A stretch of DNA of 64,000 bases, taken from Oceanispirochaeta sp. (lineage in GTDB: Bacteria; Spirochaetota; Spirochaetia; DSM-2461). The position numbers and the translations under genes are program-made. Positions 48,754 through 59,019 of this stretch are shown here, one piece after another. Under the pieces are notes generated by a model. That model did no database searches. It was not told where the DNA came from and saw only the letters and a program-made list of their open reading frames with translations. Every line of letters begins with the position of its first letter. Position 1 is the first letter of the stretch. Location of the stretch: the NCBI GenBank assembly GCA_963663385.2, contig CAXXXD010000003.1, positions 1,312,001 through 1,376,000 on the forward strand. Reading direction: 5' to 3'.

Positions 48754-49487
48754 TTATTAACCAGCTCGTCCCGTTTACCCGATGCTATAACAGCTTCGAG
48801 AGCGCTGTTCAGTTTATCTAGAACCTCAGAATTTCCTTTTTTAACGGCGATTCCGTAAAATTCATCTGTAAAGGGTTCCCCTACAATTTTCAGCTTGCTT
48901 TTATAGTTGTCATTACCCAGAACATAGTCTGCAGCAATGGGACTGTCACCAACTACAGCATCAAGATTGCCATTAGCCAGATCTTCTACAGCCAGACCAA
49001 GTTCATCGTAGTTTTTCAGAGTAATACCACCTGCTTCACTAATAGCGATTGCACCGGTGGTACCAATCTGGGCACCAACTTTTTTACCTTTAAGATCTGC
49101 CAGTGTTGTTACACCGTTTGTATCTTTTGAAACGATAACAACCTGACCGGCGTTAATATAAGGTGATGTAAAGTCCATTGTATTCTTTCTTTCTTCCGTA
49201 ATTGTTACAGAAGAACATACAGCATCGTAATTTCCGTTTGCCAGTCCGGCAAAAATCCCATCCCATGCAGTATTCTGAACTTCAATTTCAAATCCGCCGG
49301 CTTCTGCCATGGCATAAAGCATATCGATATCAAAACCGACAATTTCTTTATTTTCGTTAACAAATTCCATGGGAGGCCAGGTACAGTCTGAACCGATGAC
49401 AATTTTATTACTGTCTTTTTTTTCACATCCCACAAAGAGAGAGAGAGCCGCGACAATCAGAGTCATCATAACAACGATTTTTTGCAT
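48741..49487 (-). CDS. Polar/basic amino acid ABC transporter substrate-binding lipoprotein
   Basis: Lipobox LFVGC; WPPMEF, GFDID, ITEER, GAQIGTTG and YGIAVKKG motifs. Confidence 0.93.
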   Translation of the reverse strand: MQKIVVMMTLIVAALSLFVGCEKKDSNKIVIGSDCTWPPMEFVNENKEIVGFDIDMLYAMAEAGGFEIEVQNTAWDGIFAGLANGNYDAVCSSVTITEERKNTMDFTSPYINAGQVVIVSKDTNGVTTLADLKGKKVGAQIGTTGAIAISEAGGITLKNYDELGLAVEDLANGNLDAVVGDSPIAADYVLGNDNYKSKLKIVGEPFTDEFYGIAVKKGNSEVLDKLNSALEAVIASGKRDELVNKWLR

Positions 49488-49935
49488 TTTTTTCTCCAGC
49501 AAATAGTATAAACTTAAATATTTCTATATTTATACCAATTATTTACATAAATGAGTAGTAAAAAATACAATATCTTTACTTCTTTTACAGGAGAATCAGA
49601 GATTTCAATTATCAGCAAAATTATAAAGGGGGATAGTCAGGGTCTTCTTACATTACTACTGAAAGAGTAATTAAAAAGTCACCCTGAATATGCCATCTGC
49701 ATTTTCTCAAAACAGAATTCCAGCAGGATGCTAATATTCAGACATTAATGAATAAACTTAAAAATCACATATAACGTATATGTCAGGTATAATTATTCTT
49801 TCGATTTCCACAATCCTTTAAATTTCCAGTATATTCCGTTTAATTTAAGATTAAACTGCAATAATCATTTTTGAGTTGTCTGACCTGTTGAACTTTTCAG
49901 TTTTTCCATGATATGTTGTCGCCATAACAGATAAG

Positions 49936-50002
49936 ACTCATATATTTCCGATAATATGGTTTGGAAGTTTCTACAGGTTACCGAAAATAACCAGCTATGA
50001 GT
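49936..50002 (+). ncRNA. Purine riboswitch aptamer, guanine-type (C at the discriminator position)
   Basis: P1 ACTCATA/TATGAGT, L2 AATATGG, J2/3 GTTTCTAC, L3 CCGAAAA; discriminator C at 49995; upstream of purL. Confidence 0.93.
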
Positions 50003-50102
50003 TGATAATTCCTCTAAGCCGTTTATCCGGAATGTATGTCCTGTTTTAACAGAGTCTTTATCCGTTAAATTTACAATCTCCTTCAGGAGGAGCGCACCGC
50101 AG

Positions 50103-53100
50103 ATGAGCGATTTTTTCCGGATATTTGTGGAAAAAAAGCCTGGACACAATAGTGATTCCACGGCCTTGACCGATGATTTGAAAACAACCCTTGGGACAAG
50201 GGGATTATTGCGGGCCCGTATAGTTAATATATACGAATTGACGGGTCTTGAGGATGAAGCCTGCTGGAAGGTGACAAACTCAATTTTTTCCGAAGCCACT
50301 GCCGACCAGGTGTACACAACTGCACCGACCGAGGGAGTGGCTGATTTTTTTGGTATTGAATACCTGCCCGGTCAGTTCGACCAGAGGGCCGATTCTGCTG
50401 CTCAGTGCATCCACCTGATATATCCTGAATGGTCAGGTGTAGTGCGCAGCAGCAGGATGATCCTTCTGGAGGGCTCTATCAGCCCCGACGAACTGGTTAG
50501 AATCAAGAGTTACTGCATAAACCCGGTTGAATCCCGCGAAAAAGATATGAACAGTCACTCCCTGTTTGATCTGGGCTCCAAAGCCGAGGCTGTACCGGAA
50601 CTGGAGAATTTTATTACCCTTTCCGATACAGACCTTGATTGCCTGCGTATTGAGATGGGTCTTGCCATGACAACGGAGGACCTGAAGTTCTGCAGGAACT
50701 ATTTCCGCAATGAAGAAAGACGGAATCCCGGAGAAACGGAGATTCGGGTTCTGGATACCTACTGGTCGGATCACTGCCGCCATACAACCTTTGAGACAGA
50801 ACTGAAGGATATTACCATCCCAGCCGGTGCTTTTCAGCAAACCCTGCAAAACAGTTTAGATCATTACCACTCCATCAGGGAGAAACTGGGCCGGACGGAA
50901 AAGCCCCTTACTCTTATGGATCTGGCTACCATATCCGGAAAAAGGCTGAGAGCTGAAGGCCTTCTGGATGATTTGGAGGTTTCCGAGGAAATTAATGCCT
51001 GCAGCGTTCGCATTAAAGTTGATGTGGACGGCAGAGAAGAGCCCTGGCTCCTTATGTTTAAAAACGAAACACACAACCACCCGACGGAGATTGAGCCCTT
51101 TGGAGGGGCATCAACCTGTATTGGCGGCGCAATAAGAGATCCGCTATCGGGACGATCGTATGTCTATCAGGCTATGCGGATTACCGGAAGCGGTGATCCC
51201 ACGGAATCCCTTGAAGACACAATGAAAGGAAAGCTGCCTCAGAAATACATCAGCCGGACTGCAGCTCACGGCTATAGTTCCTACGGTAACCAGATTGGCC
51301 TGGCAACTTCTTTTGTCAAAGAAATCTATCATCCCGGCTATAAAGCCAAAAGAATGGAAGTCGGAGCGGTTGTCGGAGCGGTACCCGAATACATGGTCAG
51401 AAGGGAAACTCCAGCCCCAGGTGATACCATTATTCTGATAGGGGGAAAAACAGGTCGGGACGGCTGCGGCGGCGCAACCGGGTCTTCCAAGGAACACACC
51501 ACAGAATCCCTTCAGACCTGCTCGGCGGAAGTTCAGAAAGGGAATGCTCCCGAAGAAAGAAAAATCCAGCGGCTTTTTCGAAATCCTGCGGTTACTGAGC
51601 TTATAAAAAAATGTAATGACTTTGGTGCCGGAGGCGTCTCTGTCGCAATAGGTGAACTGAGTGACGGACTTGTAATCAATCTGGATAAAGTTCCTGTCAA
51701 ATATACCGGTTTGAATGGAACCGAGCTCGCCATTTCCGAATCACAGGAGAGAATGGCGGTAGTAACCGCTCCCGAAGATGCGGAATCCCTGATTCAGATG
51801 GCAGCGGAAGAAAACCTGGACGCCACTCTTGTTGCCCATGTCAGTGAAGAAAAAAGACTTGTCATGACATGGCAGGGGAATACCCTGGTAAACCTGAGTC
51901 GTGCTTTTCTGGATACAAACGGTGTCCGTTCCGAAAATGCCGTTTCCCTGCCTGAAGTAGATCTTTCCCGGAACCCCTTCAACCGGGAAGTTCCCGGCAA
52001 CAACAATGATGAAAGATTTCTGAATAATCTGAAGGATTTAAATGTCTGCTCCCAGAGAGGGCTTACAGAAATGTTTGATGCCTCTATCGGTTCCGCTACA
52101 GTACATATGCCCTATGGCGGATCAAATCAGCTTTCAGAATCGGATGTGTCCATCCATAAACTGCCCGTTCCTTCAGGAAAGACGGAAACCTGCAGTTTCA
52201 TGGCCTATGGATATGATCCGGACATTTTCAGCTGGAGTCCCTTCCACGGGAGCATTTACAGTGTTGTCTGCTCTCTGGTTAAGCTGGCTGCTTCAGGAGG
52301 CTCCTGGAAAACAGCAAGGCTTAGTTTTCAGGAGTACTTCAAACGCCTTGGAAAAGATCCTGAAAACTGGGGGCTTCCTTTTGCCGCGCTTCTGGGGGCA
52401 ATGGAAGCTCAGGAGAAAATGGCTGTCCCAGCCATCGGCGGCAAAGACAGTATGTCGGGATCGTTCCATGACATACACGTCCCCCCGACGCTTATCTCAT
52501 TTGCCGTTACAACCGGAAAAATCTGTCGGACAGTTTCCACGGATTTTAAAAAAACCGGCAGTACAGTTTATTATATGCCCCTTGCTGTTGACAAACAGTT
52601 CATACCGGTTTGGGACACCCTGAAAGAAAACCTGAACTATTATGAATCCAAGGTTTGGGAACAGGCTGTTCTATCCGCTTCCGTACTGAAAAAAGGCGGA
52701 ATAGGTGAAGTTCTCTTTAAAATGGGGATAGGGAATGGAATAGGATTCCGGGGCGGGAATGTCAGTGTTCCCTTATTTGACAGTCTGCCTGGAGGAATTG
52801 TATTTGAATCGTCTGATAAAAAACTTCAGCTGGAATATTCCAATCTTGTGGTTCTGGGAGAGACCTGCAGAGAGCCCTCTATCATATGGCTGGATACGGA
52901 AGTAAGCCTGAAGTCCTGTCTGAAAGCCTGGAAGGAACCTCTGAATTCCGTTTTCCCGGATTATAGGGATGAAAAGGTTTCAACGCCTCTTGTTCAGGAT
53001 TTTTCAGCACCCCTGTGCAAAGGATCTGCCGGACAAAAGGCTGTCCCCCTTGTCTACATACCTGTATTCCCCGGAACCAACTGCGAATATGATACAGCAA

Positions 53101-53837
53101 GATCCTTCAGAAACGCCGGAGCGGATACGGATTTAACGGTTTTCCGGAACAGAGACAAGAGCGACGTTATTTCATCCTTGAATGAGATGGCAGATCATAT
53201 CAGAAAGGCACAGATTCTGATGCTTTCCGGAGGGTTCTCTGCAGGTGACGAACCGGAGGGATCGGGGAAATTCATTGCAACGGTACTGAAAAACCCGGCC
53301 ATTGCCGCTGCTGTGGAAGACCTTCTTGAAAGGGACGGGTTAATCCTGGGAATCTGTAACGGATTTCAGGCTCTTATCAAGTCCGGATTACTACCGTACG
53401 GCCATGTAATGGATATACCCGAATCAGCACCGACACTTGCCAGGAACAGTATAAACAGGCATATATCACGCATGGTAACCACCAGGGTATGCAGTATCGG
53501 ATCCCCCTGGACATCGCTGATGAAAACCGGAGACTGCCATCAGATAGCCATTTCTCACGGAGAAGGACGGTTTACAGCTCCTGAAGCATTTATCAGAGAG
53601 CTGGAAAAGAAGGGTCAGATTGCCTTTCAGTACTGTAATGCCGCAGGAGAAGCCGACATGAATCCGATTGTAAATCCAAACGGATCGGATTTCGCAATTG
53701 AAGGCATCACATCCCCCTGTGGAAAAATCATGGGAAAGATGGGACATACTGAACGCTATACATCAGATAATTTCCGGAATATTCCCGGTGTAAAATACCA
53801 GCCCCTGTTTAAATCGGGTGTGGAATACTTTAACTGA
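50103..53837 (+). CDS. purL: Phosphoribosylformylglycinamidine synthase, large fused type
   Basis: EYLPGQFDQRADSA, WSDHCRH, KNETHNHPT, SESQERM and GGKDSMSG motifs; glutaminase domain LGICNGFQ, SHGEG and GHTER. Confidence 0.97.
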   Translation: MSDFFRIFVEKKPGHNSDSTALTDDLKTTLGTRGLLRARIVNIYELTGLEDEACWKVTNSIFSEATADQVYTTAPTEGVADFFGIEYLPGQFDQRADSAAQCIHLIYPEWSGVVRSSRMILLEGSISPDELVRIKSYCINPVESREKDMNSHSLFDLGSKAEAVPELENFITLSDTDLDCLRIEMGLAMTTEDLKFCRNYFRNEERRNPGETEIRVLDTYWSDHCRHTTFETELKDITIPAGAFQQTLQNSLDHYHSIREKLGRTEKPLTLMDLATISGKRLRAEGLLDDLEVSEEINACSVRIKVDVDGREEPWLLMFKNETHNHPTEIEPFGGASTCIGGAIRDPLSGRSYVYQAMRITGSGDPTESLEDTMKGKLPQKYISRTAAHGYSSYGNQIGLATSFVKEIYHPGYKAKRMEVGAVVGAVPEYMVRRETPAPGDTIILIGGKTGRDGCGGATGSSKEHTTESLQTCSAEVQKGNAPEERKIQRLFRNPAVTELIKKCNDFGAGGVSVAIGELSDGLVINLDKVPVKYTGLNGTELAISESQERMAVVTAPEDAESLIQMAAEENLDATLVAHVSEEKRLVMTWQGNTLVNLSRAFLDTNGVRSENAVSLPEVDLSRNPFNREVPGNNNDERFLNNLKDLNVCSQRGLTEMFDASIGSATVHMPYGGSNQLSESDVSIHKLPVPSGKTETCSFMAYGYDPDIFSWSPFHGSIYSVVCSLVKLAASGGSWKTARLSFQEYFKRLGKDPENWGLPFAALLGAMEAQEKMAVPAIGGKDSMSGSFHDIHVPPTLISFAVTTGKICRTVSTDFKKTGSTVYYMPLAVDKQFIPVWDTLKENLNYYESKVWEQAVLSASVLKKGGIGEVLFKMGIGNGIGFRGGNVSVPLFDSLPGGIVFESSDKKLQLEYSNLVVLGETCREPSIIWLDTEVSLKSCLKAWKEPLNSVFPDYRDEKVSTPLVQDFSAPLCKGSAGQKAVPLVYIPVFPGTNCEYDTARSFRNAGADTDLTVFRNRDKSDVISSLNEMADHIRKAQILMLSGGFSAGDEPEGSGKFIATVLKNPAIAAAVEDLLERDGLILGICNGFQALIKSGLLPYGHVMDIPESAPTLARNSINRHISRMVTTRVCSIGSPWTSLMKTGDCHQIAISHGEGRFTAPEAFIRELEKKGQIAFQYCNAAGEADMNPIVNPNGSDFAIEGITSPCGKIMGKMGHTERYTSDNFRNIPGVKYQPLFKSGVEYFN

Positions 53838-53857
53838 AAGACTGTGAGGAGTTTAAT

Positions 53858-54337
53858 ATGAAAGGTGCCATTATATTCGGAAGCCGTTCCGACCTGGACA
53901 AAATGAAGGGAGCGGCAACCTGTCTGAAAGAATTCGGAATCGGGTATGAAGCCCATATCCTGTCGGCACACAGGGTACCCGAGCGTCTGGAGGAAGTCCT
54001 GAACAAGCTGGAAGGCGAAGGCTGTGAATTTATTATTGCCGGTGCAGGGCTGGCCGCCCATCTCCCCGGGGTTATAGCTTCCAAAACAATCCTGCCTGTT
54101 ATAGGGGTTCCATTAAATGCCGCATTTGAGGGCATGGATGCCCTGTTTTCTATTGTTCAGATGCCCAAATCCATCCCTGTGGCAACAGTAGGTGTAAATA
54201 ATTCCTACAATGCGGCCATGCTGGCTGTTCAGATTCTGGCTGTAAAATACCCTGAGCTGAAACAGAAACTGATAAAATTCAGAACTGATATGAAAGCAAA
54301 ATTCATTGAAGATAATTCGGAAGGTGTTGAACTTTGA
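53858..54337 (+). CDS. purE: N5-CAIR mutase / AIR carboxylase
   Basis: GSRSD, SAHR, AGAGLAAHLPG, PVIGVP and SIVQMP..IPVATV motifs. Confidence 0.97.
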   Translation: MKGAIIFGSRSDLDKMKGAATCLKEFGIGYEAHILSAHRVPERLEEVLNKLEGEGCEFIIAGAGLAAHLPGVIASKTILPVIGVPLNAAFEGMDALFSIVQMPKSIPVATVGVNNSYNAAMLAVQILAVKYPELKQKLIKFRTDMKAKFIEDNSEGVEL

Positions 54338-54365
54338 TTAAACTGATCTGGAGAGAGCATTAAAT

Positions 54366-55739
54366 ATGAATGATGATAAACTACATGAAGAGTGCGGGGT
54401 TTTCGGTGTCTATTCCAATAAAGACTGTCCTGCGGCTGAAATTACCTATCTCGGTCTGCTGGGTTTGCAGCACAGGGGGCAGGAGAGTGCAGGAATAACC
54501 ATAATCAATGATGAGGGTATGACAACCCGCAAGGGAATGGGACTTGTTTCTGAAGTGTTCCGCGATAACGCCATCAGGGAACTGAACGGCGGAAACATGG
54601 CTATCGGGCATGTCAGATATTCCACCACTGGAAACAGCAACCTGACCAATGCGCAGCCCCTGGAGGGGCATTGCCGTATGGGATCACTGGCTGTCGCTCA
54701 CAATGGAAACCTTGTTAACTCCGATATTATCCGGGAACTGATGGAAGACGGCGGCGCTATTTTCCAGACAACAAGCGATACGGAAGTTATTCTCAACATG
54801 ATAGCCAGAGGGGCTTCCAAAGGAATTGAAAAAGCCCTGAGGAGTACGGCCAAAGCCATTAAGGGCTCTTATGCAATTGTTCTGTTTATTGACAATAAAC
54901 TGATAGGTATCCGGGATCCTCACGGAATCCGCCCCCTCTGTCTGGGAAAGATGGAGGACTGCTGGATCCTTTCATCGGAATCCTGTGCACTCAATACGGT
55001 AGGCGCCGATTATATACGGGATCTGGAACCGGGAGAGATTGTTGTCATTGATGAGAATGGTGTGAGTTCACTGGGACATGATGAAACCAGCAAGCTTTCC
55101 ACCTGTATCTTTGAATATATCTATTTTGCCAGACCCGACAGTCAGATTGACGGTATCAATGTGTATGAAGCCCGGAAAAGATGCGGAGCTGAGATTTACA
55201 AAGAGAATCCTCAGGAGGCGGATGTTGTTGTTCCTGTACCCGATTCGGGTATATCTGCTGCTCAGGGATACTCGGAAGCATCAGGTATACCCTTTGAAAT
55301 GGGTTTTATAAAAAACCGTTATATAGGGCGAACGTTTATTGCACCTTCCCAGGAAATGAGAGAAAAAGCTGTTTCCGTAAAACTGAATGTAATCAAATCC
55401 ATTGTAGAAGGTAAGCGGGTTGTACTGATCGACGATTCCATCGTAAGAGGAACCACAAGCCGGCACCTTGTTTCCCTGATCCGGAAGGCGGGAGCCAGAG
55501 AGGTTCACCTACGAATTGTATCTCCTCCGATTCTCTACTCCTGCTATTTCGGTATCGATACCCCTACATCAGAGGAACTGATAGCCAGTGGTAAAAATAC
55601 CAGACAGATTTGTGAACAGATAGGCGCCGACAGCCTTGCCTATATCAGCCTTGACGGTTTAAACAGGGCCCTTGGAGAAGAAAGAGGGTACTGCAACGGT
55701 TGTATGACAGGCAACTATCCCCTGTCACCTAATAATTAA
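54366..55739 (+). CDS. purF: Amidophosphoribosyltransferase
   Basis: Propeptide then CGVFG; QHRGQE, GHVRYST, HNGN, CIFEYIYFARPDS and DDSIVRGTT motifs; C-terminal CNGC. Confidence 0.97.
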   Translation: MNDDKLHEECGVFGVYSNKDCPAAEITYLGLLGLQHRGQESAGITIINDEGMTTRKGMGLVSEVFRDNAIRELNGGNMAIGHVRYSTTGNSNLTNAQPLEGHCRMGSLAVAHNGNLVNSDIIRELMEDGGAIFQTTSDTEVILNMIARGASKGIEKALRSTAKAIKGSYAIVLFIDNKLIGIRDPHGIRPLCLGKMEDCWILSSESCALNTVGADYIRDLEPGEIVVIDENGVSSLGHDETSKLSTCIFEYIYFARPDSQIDGINVYEARKRCGAEIYKENPQEADVVVPVPDSGISAAQGYSEASGIPFEMGFIKNRYIGRTFIAPSQEMREKAVSVKLNVIKSIVEGKRVVLIDDSIVRGTTSRHLVSLIRKAGAREVHLRIVSPPILYSCYFGIDTPTSEELIASGKNTRQICEQIGADSLAYISLDGLNRALGEERGYCNGCMTGNYPLSPNN

Positions 55740-55758
55740 GAAATCAGGAGAATAGCGG

Positions 55759-56760
55759 ATGATTACATATAAAGATTCCGGAGTAGATAAGGAAGAGGGA
55801 TACAGGGCTGTTGACCTGATCAAATCCAAAGTGGCTGAAACACATAACGGGAATGTTCTGACGGGCCTGGGAAGCTTTGCCTCCCTTTACGCCCTGAAAA
55901 ACTATAAAAATCCCGTTCTGGTTTCTGGAACAGACGGGGTGGGAACCAAACTGGCTCTGGCTTTTCAGAAGAAAGTGTACGACACGGTTGGCCAGGACTG
56001 CTTTGCCATGTGCGCCAACGATATACTATGCCAGGGGGCCAAACCCCTCTTCTTTCTGGATTACCTGGCATGCGGGAAACTGGATGCTGAAGTTTCCAGT
56101 CAGCTTGTCATTGGAATGGCGGAAGCCTGTAAAGCAGCGGACTGCAGTCTGGTGGGAGGAGAAACCGCTGAGATGCCCGGTTTTTATAAAGACGGTGATT
56201 ATGATATGGCCGGTTTCTGTGTAGGGGTTGTTGAACAGGACAGGATTATCAACGGAACCACTGTCAAAGAGGGGGATATCCTTCTCGGGCTGGGTTCCAA
56301 CGGTGTACACAGCAACGGCTTCAGCCTTGTCCGCAGACTTGTGGATAACCCTGATGAAGATTTCCAGGGGAGTCCGGTTTACCGGGAGCTTCTGAAACCG
56401 ACCAGAGTTTATGTTTCCTCTATTCTATCCGCACTGGATCAGTTCAGGGATGGGATACATGGTATGGCTCATATTACCGGAGGCGGTCTGCCCGAGAATC
56501 TCCCCCGGACGATTCCCGAAGGACTCTGTGCTGAAGTAGATAAAACATCAGTCCCCGTCCTCCCCATCTTCCGTTTCCTTGAAAAGAAGGGTGTTCCCGA
56601 GGATGAGATGTGGGGAACCTTCAATATGGGAATAGGTTTTGTTCTTGTTGTAGATCCCGCTAAAGAGAAAGAGATCAGCCGCCATCTTGTCGAATCCGGG
56701 GAATCTGTTCATATCCTGGGAAAAATTACAACCGGCGATAAAAAGATATGTTTAAAATAG
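55759..56760 (+). CDS. purM: AIR synthetase
   Basis: TYKDSGVD, GTDGVGTK, GGETAEMPG, HSNGFSL, HITGGG and TFNMG motifs. Confidence 0.97.
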   Translation: MITYKDSGVDKEEGYRAVDLIKSKVAETHNGNVLTGLGSFASLYALKNYKNPVLVSGTDGVGTKLALAFQKKVYDTVGQDCFAMCANDILCQGAKPLFFLDYLACGKLDAEVSSQLVIGMAEACKAADCSLVGGETAEMPGFYKDGDYDMAGFCVGVVEQDRIINGTTVKEGDILLGLGSNGVHSNGFSLVRRLVDNPDEDFQGSPVYRELLKPTRVYVSSILSALDQFRDGIHGMAHITGGGLPENLPRTIPEGLCAEVDKTSVPVLPIFRFLEKKGVPEDEMWGTFNMGIGFVLVVDPAKEKEISRHLVESGESVHILGKITTGDKKICLK

Positions 56761-57332
56761 CTGTACTTGTATCCGGCGGAGGCAGCAACCTCCAATCCAT
56801 TATTGATGCGATAGAAAAAAAAGAGCTGATGGCTGAAATCTCAATAGTCATTGCCGACCGTCCGGCGGGCGGGTTAAAGAGGGCGGAAAAACATAGGATT
56901 CCCTCTGTACTTCTGGACCGCAAAAAGTATGGAAGTGATCTGAGTCAGGTTATATCTGATAATATTCCCGACGATACGGATTTGATCATACTGGCCGGTT
57001 ACCTTTCCATCCTTTCCAGGGATTTTATCAGGATATGGCAGGGGAAAATAATCAATATACACCCTGCGCTCCTTCCGGATTTCGGAGGAAAGGGCATGTA
57101 CGGCATGAATGTACATAAGGCTGTTATACAGGCAGGACGTACTGAAAGCGGTTGTACCGTGCATTATGTAGATACAGGAATCGACACAGGACATATTATC
57201 CTGCAGCGGACTGTAGATGTAAAACCCGATGATACTCCGGAAGATCTGCAGAAACGGGTTCTTGACCAGGAACATATACTACTGGTTGAAAGTATCGCCT
57301 ATATTATTGAGAATAAGAATCCTCGACCCTAG
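56748..57332 (+). CDS. purN: GAR formyltransferase
   Basis: VSGGGSNLQ, LAGY, INIHPALLP and GCTVH...DTG motifs. Confidence 0.97.
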   Translation: MFKIAVLVSGGGSNLQSIIDAIEKKELMAEISIVIADRPAGGLKRAEKHRIPSVLLDRKKYGSDLSQVISDNIPDDTDLIILAGYLSILSRDFIRIWQGKIINIHPALLPDFGGKGMYGMNVHKAVIQAGRTESGCTVHYVDTGIDTGHIILQRTVDVKPDDTPEDLQKRVLDQEHILLVESIAYIIENKNPRP

Positions 57333-57433
57333 GATCGAGGGATTCTTGTTCGGTAAAGTCGCCGCTGTCAGCGGCATAATTCGGGTTGAATCACGAGGCA
57401 AAGCCTCGGGGTATTTAGCCTTATTCCGAATAA
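57311..57433. repeat. Palindrome cluster (REP/PATE-like) between purN and purH
   Basis: About 16-bp stem at 57311-57351; gccgct-gtc-agcggc; cgaggc-aaa-gcctcg; ttattc-c-gaataa. Confidence 0.6.
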
Positions 57434-57495
57434 AGTGTCTCGGCAGAAGTGAAGGCTCACTACGTGCAGCACTATAAATTAACAGGAGAAAAACA

Positions 57496-58992
57496 TTGAA
57501 ACGAGCATTGATAAGTGTTTTTAAAAAAGACGGGATTCTGGAATTTTCACAATTCCTGAAAAGTCAGGGATGGGAGATCCTGTCGACGGGGGGAACCTAC
57601 AGACATCTGAAAGAGAATGGCCTGGAACCGATTGAAGTCTCCGCGTCCACAGGTGCTAAAGAGATGCTCGACGGCCGTGTAAAAACCCTCCACCCCATTA
57701 TTCACGGGGGAATCCTGGCCATCCGCTCCAATGAAGAACATATGAATACCCTGAAGGAAGAAAAAATTGAAACCATCGATATGGTTGTGGTAAATCTCTA
57801 TCCTTTCTTTGATGAGGTGGAATCGGATAAATCCTTCGAAGAGAAAATTGAATTTATCGATATCGGCGGACCTACCATGCTCCGTTCAGCAGCAAAGAAT
57901 TTCAATGATGTGACGGTTATCTGTGATCCTTCGGACTACGGGAGTGTGCAGAAAGAGATGGAAAAGGGCGATGTTTCTTTTGAAACGAAAAAGAAACTGG
58001 CCGGAAAGGTTTTCAACCTGACCGCAGCCTACGACGGAGCTATCAGCCAGTTTCTGCTGGGAGAAGGATCTACTCCCGAGTACTTTCACACATCCTTTAA
58101 AAAGGTTATGGATCTTCGTTACGGAGAAAATCCCCATCAGAAAGCCGCCTACTACGCCAAGACATGGGGAGAAGGCGCTCTTAAGGATTTCAAACAGCTG
58201 GGAGGCAAGGAACTTTCCTTCAATAACATCCGGGACATGGACGTAGCCTGGAAAATTGTCAATGAATTTGAAGAACTGGTCTGCTGCGGCCTGAAACACT
58301 CCACTCCCTGCGGTGTTGCACGGGGTACTTCAGCGGCAGATGCTTATGTTAAAGCCTATGAGTGCGACCCCATGTCTATTTTCGGAGGGATCGTAGCCAT
58401 TAACAGGGAAGTAACCGCAGAAGCGGCGAAAGAGATGGTCAAGATATTCCTTGAGATAGTTATTGCCCCCTCTTTTTCTGAAGAGGCCCTGGATATTCTT
58501 AAAAAGAAAAAGAACCTCCGTATTATACAGTGTGAGAAAGCTCCGGCCGATTCCCTGGAAATTGTAAAGGTTGACGGCGGTATCCTTGTGCAGGATGCGG
58601 ATCACTCCTTTTCAACTGATTTCGAGGTTGTAACGGACAAGGCACCTTCTGATGATCTGAAGGATGACCTTATTTTCGGGCAGAAAGTTGTTAAACATGT
58701 CAAATCCAATGCCATTGTTGTTGTAAAAGAGGGAATGGCTACCGGTATCGGAACGGGCCAGACAAACAGAATCTGGGCGGCACAGCAGGCTATCGAAAGG
58801 GCCGGAGACGGTGTTATCCTGGCATCAGATGCGTTCTTCCCATTTGATGATGTGGTTACACTCTGTTCCGAAAAAGGGATTCAAGCCATTATTCAACCCG
58901 GAGGATCCATGAGGGACGAAGACTCGATCAAGGCATGTAACAAATATGGGATCCCCATGATTTTTACAGGAATGCGTCACTTCAAACATTAA
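57496..58992 (+). CDS. purH: Bifunctional AICAR transformylase / IMP cyclohydrolase
   Basis: [47 protein letters not shown] and RHFKH motifs; TTG start. Confidence 0.97.
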   Translation: MKRALISVFKKDGILEFSQFLKSQGWEILSTGGTYRHLKENGLEPIEVSASTGAKEMLDGRVKTLHPIIHGGILAIRSNEEHMNTLKEEKIETIDMVVVNLYPFFDEVESDKSFEEKIEFIDIGGPTMLRSAAKNFNDVTVICDPSDYGSVQKEMEKGDVSFETKKKLAGKVFNLTAAYDGAISQFLLGEGSTPEYFHTSFKKVMDLRYGENPHQKAAYYAKTWGEGALKDFKQLGGKELSFNNIRDMDVAWKIVNEFEELVCCGLKHSTPCGVARGTSAADAYVKAYECDPMSIFGGIVAINREVTAEAAKEMVKIFLEIVIAPSFSEEALDILKKKKNLRIIQCEKAPADSLEIVKVDGGILVQDADHSFSTDFEVVTDKAPSDDLKDDLIFGQKVVKHVKSNAIVVVKEGMATGIGTGQTNRIWAAQQAIERAGDGVILASDAFFPFDDVVTLCSEKGIQAIIQPGGSMRDEDSIKACNKYGIPMIFTGMRHFKH

Positions 58993-59019
58993 GATTCACC
59001 ATAGAACGGAGCAGAGACA

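Noticed and set aside
49865..50317. 150-aa minus-strand ORF over the purL leader
   Set aside because: It overlaps the riboswitch and the purL start and has no recognisable features.
57229..57495. Possible ZMP/ZTP riboswitch or small ORF upstream of purH
   Set aside because: The characteristic GACUGGCG and downstream CGCCUGGG elements are not present, and the 82-aa ORF is only a read-through of palindromes.
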